Shown here piece by piece: positions 8,273 to 13,294 of a DNA stretch of 13,294 bases. Under the pieces are notes generated by a model. It worked only from the letters and a program-made list of their open reading frames with translations. It was not told the origin of the DNA and did not search any database. The stretch covers positions 237,787 through 251,080 of the forward strand of contig NVWC01000001.1 in NCBI GenBank assembly GCA_002317795.1, in the 5' to 3' direction. The position numbers and the translations under genes were made by a program. Source of the stretch: Nitrososphaerota archaeon. GTDB lineage: Archaea > Thermoproteota > Nitrososphaeria > Nitrososphaerales > Nitrosopumilaceae. Numbering within the stretch: position 1 is the first letter of the stretch; each line of letters starts with the position of its first letter.

Positions 8273-8281
8273 GATATATAG
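8273..8281 (-). promoter_or_regulatory. Putative TATA box (CTATATATC) for the 533-aa gene
   Basis: TATATA lies 24-29 nt upstream of the GTG at 8251, inside a 44-nt intergenic gap. Confidence 0.5.
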
Positions 8282-8295
8282 ACTTGTAACATCAA

Positions 8296-11200
8296 TTAAT
8301 TTGTAGAATTTGTTTTACTCTCATCCAAGAGATTTTGCATTTTTATGTTTAATTGGCCTAGTGCAGTAATTACAGATTGCTGGAGTGGTTTCTTTGCGTC
8401 TCTTTTAATTAAATTGTAAATTTGTGCTTCTATCTCCTTTAATTCTTGTTGGACTTCATCAGGATTCTTTGTCATGTGTGTTTTGAGTTGTGCCTGAGTA
8501 TCCAAGAGCTTTCTAATTTGGTCCTTTTCATGTTTTATTTGCTCAATTAGTTTGAGTTCCTCATCACCTACTGCAGTAACTTTGGCTTCACGTTCTAATC
8601 GTGTTTGTTCAAGTTCTACTTTTTGCTGCTCAATCAAATCCATTGTTTTGTTAGTGTTAGATTCAGTTTCTTTTGCGTCTCTAATTTTTGATTCAAGATC
8701 TGCTTTCTTTTGTAGAGCATGTCTTTCTGCTAATTCACTTACATGTGCAAACTTTTCTAATTCATTTTCAAGATAAGAAATTTGTTGCTCTAATGCAGGA
8801 GAGAGAATCTTTGCTTTTCTTTCAGATTCTTCACGCTCACCAATTAATTTTACAAGTTTTACTTGTTGTGCCTTGAGTGTTGAAGATAAGGTATTTTGCA
8901 TTTCACGTTCTTTAATTTGCTCATCAATGATTTGCTCCTCTAGTGTACTAGATTCCACAATATTGATGGGTTTTGATTTGCCAAATAATTTTGAAAAGAC
9001 AGATTTTTTGTGCGTTTGAATACTTGGAGTCTGATATGTGGTTTCAATTGGACGTTGTAGTAATTTCTTTTCAAGTTCCTCGCGCTCAATTGATGCTTGT
9101 TCTAGTTTTGTTTGCTGAACACGTATCTTTGCTTCAAGTGCAAAGATGTTGGAAGATGTGTTTTCTTTAACAGTATCATAATCAGCAGAAAGTTGATCTA
9201 GTTCTGCTTGCTTTGATTGTAATTTTGCTTCAAGTTCTGAGGTTTCAGTAGATAAAGGAGTATCAGAAATTTTTGACATCTGATCTAATTCTGCTTGTTT
9301 TGATTCCAAGTCTAATTTTAATTTCAATTCTACATTAGTTGCTCTTTCTTTGGTCTCACTGTAAGTATAGTTTAGTTCTTTAAGTTCTTCTAATTTCATT
9401 TGATATTGAGATTCTAAAACATATTTTTCAGATTTTAGTAAATTATATGATTTTTGAATTGCTAATAATTTTTCAATTTTTTGATCTTGTGCTTTAATTT
9501 TTTGTCCAAGTGTTGTTTTTATTGTAAAAGAATTAGTTTTGAGGTCGTTGTATTCTCCAACAACTTCTTCTAGTTCTGCTTGGGTTGATTGTAATTTTGC
9601 TTCAAGTTTTGATTTTTGAAGGGTAGAATCAGAAGCAATTTCTTTTTCTTGTAATAATTTTTCAAGTTGCATTTGCTGTTCATGGATTTTCTCCTCAAGT
9701 GAGGATCTGTTTGATGATGCTTTTTCTTTAAGATATGTATAGAAATTTTTAATCTGAGCTAATTCAGTTTCACTGAGTTTTAACTTTGATTCAAGATCTG
9801 TTTTTTCTAAGATCGATTGGGATGATTGGGCATATTCTAATCTCAATTGATCAATTTCTGATTGTTTTGATTCAAGTTTTGATTCAAGTTCTATCTTTTG
9901 AGATTTTATCATAGAAACTGAAACTCTCTCTCGGAGTAATTGATCTAATTTTGTTTGTTGAGATTGAATTTTTTCTTCAAGTGCAGATCTATCTGCAGAT
10001 CTTTTCGCCCTAAGATCATGATAAAAATTTGTAACTTGCTCTAATTCAGTTTGAGTAGATTTCAATTTGGATTCAAGTGATGTTCGTTCTGTTGCAAAGT
10101 TAGGAGAATCTTTTTTCTCTTGGAGTAATCTATCAAGTTCTGCTTGTTGAGAACGAATTTTTGCTTCAAGAGAATAAATATCTGAAGACGTGTTTTCTCT
10201 AACGGTATCGTAGTCTTTAGAAAGTTGATCTAGTTCTGCTTGCTTTGATTGCAGTTTTGATTCTAGTGTAGATTTTTCTTCAGCAAAGTCAGGAGAAATA
10301 CCATCTTCTTGGAGTAATCTATCAAGTTCTGCTTGTTGAGAACGAATTTTTGCTTCAAGTGCAAAGATGTTGGAAGAGGTATTTTCTCTAACGGTATCGT
10401 AGTCTTTAGAAAGTTGATCTAGTTCTGCTTGCTTTGATTGTAATTTTACTTCAAGTATAGTTCTATCTGAAAGGAAATTTGGAGAATCAAATGATAATCT
10501 TAAAGAATCAATCTCAGTTTGCTTTTCTTGTAATTTTGCTTCAAGTGTAGATTTTTCTGCAGCAAAATCAGGAGATGAATCTCTTTGCTGAATGAGTTGG
10601 TCTAACTTTATTTGTTGAGATTTAATTTTTACTTCAAGTGAAATTCTTTCTGTAGAATTATTTTCTAGAATGGATTTATAATCAGCGGTAAGTTGATCTA
10701 GTTCTGCTTGCTTTAATTGCAGTTTTGATTCTAGTGCAGATTTTTCTTCAGCAAAGTCATATGTTTCATCATGTAATTGAGTAAGTACTTCAAGTTTTGT
10801 TTGTAATGTCTGAATCTTTTTCTCTAATTCAACTTTAGTTGATGCTGCTTTTATTTGGACTTCATTGTAATCTTGTGTCACTTTTTCTAGTTCAACGTGT
10901 TTTGATTGTAATTGAGATTCTAATGAAGTTCTTTGATCAGATATTTGTTGAACTAGATCTTGGTTTTCTGCTAAAAGTTCTTGTAATCGTGCATGTTGAG
11001 AAAAAATTTGTTCTCGTAATTCTGCTTGTTGAAATTCATTTTGAGCCTGAGAAGTACCTACTGTTTTTTTATCAGAATCTTGAGTTATTTTTTCAAGACT
11101 TGCTTTTTGAATTCTGATTTGTTCTTCTAAGGATTCTTTTTCTGCTTGTGCAGTTTTAGTTGTTGTATCGAATTTTGATGTTAATTGATTTAATTTAGAT

Positions 11201-12441
11201 TGTTTTTCTTGTAATTTTGATTCTAGCATAGATTTTTCAGATTTAATTAAGGCTCCAGATACTTTGTCAGCTTTTAATTTTTCAAGTTGTACTTGTTGAA
11301 GATTGATTTGTTCTTCTAAGGCAGCTTTTTCACTGGATAAGACTTTTGCAAATCGATCATGTTCTGCAGAAGATTCTTTTAATTCAAGTTGTTGTGTTTT
11401 GATTTGATTTTCAAGAGTCATTTTTTCAGAATATGCTTTTTGTTTTGATGATTCATAGTCATGTGCCATTTGTTCTAATTCTGCCTCTTGAGCTCGAATT
11501 TGTTCTTCTAATCTAGTTTTTTCAAGACCTGATTGTTCAGAATTGTTTTTCTTTTCTAATAATTTTCTATCATGAGCTAAACGTTCAAGTTCTGTTTGCT
11601 GCATTGAAATTTTTTCTTCTAATTTTACTTTCTCTAGTTTTGCTTGCTCTAATAATACACGACGTTGGGATTCATCCCTGTTTCGAGTTAATTGTTCAAG
11701 TTCTGTTTCTTGAATTTTAATTTGCTCTTCTAGTTTTGCTTTATCAAGTGCAGCTTTACGTGTTGCGATATCATAATCTCGAGATAGTTGTCTCAATTCT
11801 TGTTGTTGTTCTCTAATTTGTTCTTCAAGTTTTGTTTGCTCAACTACTTTTTTTGATTCAAAATCAGCTTTCTGTTCAGCTTCTATTTTTTCTGCAGATA
11901 ATCTTTCTAGTGCTGCTTGTTGGGAAAACAATCGCTCTTCTAATGCTTCTTTTTCTTGAATGGATTCATTTTTTAATGCATCATATTCATTTGTGAGATT
12001 TTTGAGTTCAGATTGTTTTTCGTGTAATTGATCACTAAAATTCTCTTTAATATTTTTAGGGGTTTGTATTTGTGCAAGTTGTGAATAATATGATTGAATT
12101 AATTGATTTAAGTAATTTTTATCAGTTGAAAACAAAGATCTTCCTTGCTTTATTGAATGAAGAATATATCGAACACGATTAGAATTACCCATACGTGCTT
12201 CAATAATTTTTTGAATTAGTTCAATGGATTCCTTAGAAGTAAGATCAGTTTTCGGAGTAGGGGTTTCTTTTACTTTAATTCCATCAAGTTGTTTTTGGAG
12301 ATATTTTTGATCAGATTTACCAATCTTTTTGTTATTTTTTAAAGAATTTAAAATATGGTTTAGTCTACCTATGTCGCCCTGATTACTAGAAAGTAAAAAC
12401 ATTATCCTAGTGATAATGTCTTCTGTAGACAGATTATTCAT
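8296..12441 (-). CDS. Very long repetitive coiled-coil protein (1381 aa), no signal peptide or TM segment; candidate cytoplasmic scaffold/filament
   Basis: Rich in E/K/Q/L/S, with recurring EKxxLExKLQxKQAELDQL and EKxxLEEQIxxQQxxLExL units. No Walker A/B or ABC signature, so it is not SMC or Rad50. Confidence 0.92.
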   Translation of the reverse strand: MNNLSTEDIITRIMFLLSSNQGDIGRLNHILNSLKNNKKIGKSDQKYLQKQLDGIKVKETPTPKTDLTSKESIELIQKIIEARMGNSNRVRYILHSIKQGRSLFSTDKNYLNQLIQSYYSQLAQIQTPKNIKENFSDQLHEKQSELKNLTNEYDALKNESIQEKEALEERLFSQQAALERLSAEKIEAEQKADFESKKVVEQTKLEEQIREQQQELRQLSRDYDIATRKAALDKAKLEEQIKIQETELEQLTRNRDESQRRVLLEQAKLEKVKLEEKISMQQTELERLAHDRKLLEKKNNSEQSGLEKTRLEEQIRAQEAELEQMAHDYESSKQKAYSEKMTLENQIKTQQLELKESSAEHDRFAKVLSSEKAALEEQINLQQVQLEKLKADKVSGALIKSEKSMLESKLQEKQSKLNQLTSKFDTTTKTAQAEKESLEEQIRIQKASLEKITQDSDKKTVGTSQAQNEFQQAELREQIFSQHARLQELLAENQDLVQQISDQRTSLESQLQSKHVELEKVTQDYNEVQIKAASTKVELEKKIQTLQTKLEVLTQLHDETYDFAEEKSALESKLQLKQAELDQLTADYKSILENNSTERISLEVKIKSQQIKLDQLIQQRDSSPDFAAEKSTLEAKLQEKQTEIDSLRLSFDSPNFLSDRTILEVKLQSKQAELDQLSKDYDTVRENTSSNIFALEAKIRSQQAELDRLLQEDGISPDFAEEKSTLESKLQSKQAELDQLSKDYDTVRENTSSDIYSLEAKIRSQQAELDRLLQEKKDSPNFATERTSLESKLKSTQTELEQVTNFYHDLRAKRSADRSALEEKIQSQQTKLDQLLRERVSVSMIKSQKIELESKLESKQSEIDQLRLEYAQSSQSILEKTDLESKLKLSETELAQIKNFYTYLKEKASSNRSSLEEKIHEQQMQLEKLLQEKEIASDSTLQKSKLEAKLQSTQAELEEVVGEYNDLKTNSFTIKTTLGQKIKAQDQKIEKLLAIQKSYNLLKSEKYVLESQYQMKLEELKELNYTYSETKERATNVELKLKLDLESKQAELDQMSKISDTPLSTETSELEAKLQSKQAELDQLSADYDTVKENTSSNIFALEAKIRVQQTKLEQASIEREELEKKLLQRPIETTYQTPSIQTHKKSVFSKLFGKSKPINIVESSTLEEQIIDEQIKEREMQNTLSSTLKAQQVKLVKLIGEREESERKAKILSPALEQQISYLENELEKFAHVSELAERHALQKKADLESKIRDAKETESNTNKTMDLIEQQKVELEQTRLEREAKVTAVGDEELKLIEQIKHEKDQIRKLLDTQAQLKTHMTKNPDEVQQELKEIEAQIYNLIKRDAKKPLQQSVITALGQLNIKMQNLLDESKTNSTN
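10118..10440 (-). repeat. Recent 189-bp (63-aa) tandem duplication inside the coiled-coil gene
   Basis: 10118-10170 equals 10307-10359 (53 bp) and 10193-10251 equals 10382-10440 (59 bp), both at offset 189. Confidence 0.93.
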
Positions 12442-12514
12442 GTGTAATTATGTGACCCACAGAAACGTGTTGGATAAAAGTGATCAATAAGGTAAAAGAG
12501 ATCAAATAATTGAG

Positions 12515-12543
12515 TTTAGATATAAAAATTTTAGATATATCTA
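12515..12543. promoter_or_regulatory. Direct repeat TTTAGATATA x2 plus 12-bp palindrome TAGATATATCTA, overlapping a minus-strand TTTTTATA box
   Basis: Repeats at 12515-12524 and 12530-12539; palindrome at 12532-12543; TATA-like sequence at 12521-12528, about 80 nt upstream of ATG 12441. Confidence 0.35.
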
Positions 12544-12646
12544 CAATATCAAGTAAAAAGGACTTTGAAATCAACAAGATCATTAAAACTTAAAAATCTG
12601 TATTTAATCATTTGGTAGAAGTTTCAAAAATAGGATATTCAAATTA

Positions 12647-12702
12647 ATTATTTTCAATTTAATAAAAATATTATTTTCAATTTAATAAAAATATTATTTT
12701 CA
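12647..12702. repeat. Perfect 23-bp tandem repeat ATTATTTTCAATTTAATAAAAAT, about 2.4 copies
   Basis: Units at 12647-12669 and 12670-12692, plus a partial unit at 12693-12702. Confidence 0.9.
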
Positions 12703-12726
12703 CAGTATTTTTCAAATATATTTAAA

Positions 12727-12740
12727 TAAAAAAATAAAAT
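12727..12740 (-). terminator. Oligo-T terminator after the kinase-like gene
   Basis: Minus strand reads TTTTATTTTTTT within about 20 nt of the TAA stop. Confidence 0.45.
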
Positions 12741-12743
12741 GTA

Positions 12744-13294
12744 TTATTTATCCTCAAAAATAGGAAGTTTTATGGAAATAATTAATCCAGTACTACTTTT
12801 CATGATTTCAAAGTCACCAGCATGTTCAGTGATTATGGATTTTGAAAGGATTAAACTAAAATCGTTTTCAGCAGATTTTGGTTGTTTTAGAGGACCAAAC
12901 AAATCATAGAGTTCCCCCTCAATTACTCCCCGAGTATCAGAAATTTTTATCTCAAGATTTTTTTTATCAGGGGTTATAGTCTCAATTTTTACAAATCCAC
13001 TTTTTGTTGATTTTAATGAATTTTCAATAAGACTAGTTAGAACTCGCCGCATTCTTGATGCATCTGCAAATATTTTTACATCAACAGAAAGTTTTGATTC
13101 AAGTTTCACATTTGGTGTAGGAGTTTTTTCAAAGTGACTAACTGTGTCATTAATTATTTTATTAATTGAGACATCAGCCATCTCATATTGAGTTTTATTT
13201 TTTTCTATATTATACAAATCCATAAAGTCATCATATAGCATTTTGAGTTGAGATGTAGTATCCTCAATTAATTGAAGTGCTTCATTTTGAGATA
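12744..13294 (-). CDS. Histidine-kinase-like protein (end of HisKA plus degenerate HATPase_c), 5'-truncated by the window
   Basis: The frame stays open upstream of the listed Met (SQNEALQLIEDTTSQLKMLYDDFMDLYNIE, resembling DHp helix 2). N-box-like IFADASRMRRVLTSLIENSLKST, G1-like IKISDTRGVI, and C-terminal LSKSIITEHAGDFEI...GLIISIKLP. Confidence 0.85.
   Translation of the reverse strand, partial: SQNEALQLIEDTTSQLKMLYDDFMDLYNIEKNKTQYEMADVSINKIINDTVSHFEKTPTPNVKLESKLSVDVKIFADASRMRRVLTSLIENSLKSTKSGFVKIETITPDKKNLEIKISDTRGVIEGELYDLFGPLKQPKSAENDFSLILSKSIITEHAGDFEIMKSSTGLIISIKLPIFEDK

Noticed and set aside
6996-11117. Plus-strand ORFs at 6996-7205, 8552-8776, 8688-8876, 8973-9170 and 10839-11117
   Set aside because: They are antisense to long, well-supported CDSs and carry no recognisable motifs.
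8296-12441. SMC/Rad50 or phage tape-measure annotation
   Set aside because: No Walker motifs, ABC signature, hinge or zinc hook, and no phage genes nearby. Such hits would reflect composition only.
12442-12743. AT-rich intergenic region as a replication origin or ncRNA gene
   Set aside because: No ORB-like G-string motifs, no adjacent cdc6/orc1 gene, and no GC-rich stem structure.
13239-13241. Listed Met start of the 165-aa ORF
   Set aside because: The frame is open to the window edge and the upstream residues continue a HisKA-like helix, so the true start is probably outside the window.

Overview
AT-rich window with four co-oriented minus-strand genes, probably from a Nitrosopumilaceae-like (Thaumarchaeota/Nitrososphaerota) archaeon. 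That assignment is inferred from TATA boxes about 25-30 nt upstream of start codons, oligo-T terminators and an 'AFA|Q' signal-peptide end. In transcription order: (1) the 3' part of a HisKA/HATPase_c histidine-kinase-like gene with degenerate ATP-binding boxes, open past the right edge; (2) a 1381-aa repetitive coiled-coil protein with a duplicated N-terminal helical module and a MinD-like amphipathic motif; (3) a 533-aa membrane-anchored coiled-coil protein sharing the same repeat and ending in a transglutaminase/LapG-like domain whose catalytic Cys is replaced by Asn; (4) a giant secreted surface protein missing from the ORF track (ATG at 6486, at least 2162 aa, open past the left edge). 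It has two NHL beta-propellers, at least 12 FN3 domains, two acidic DNRLRE/CBM96-like domains and a Cys/His mini-module. The mini-module and one whole propeller are inserted at the same loop of two consecutive FN3 domains. The locus may encode an undescribed archaeal adhesin-display/scaffold system built partly from pseudoenzymes; that functional link is inference.
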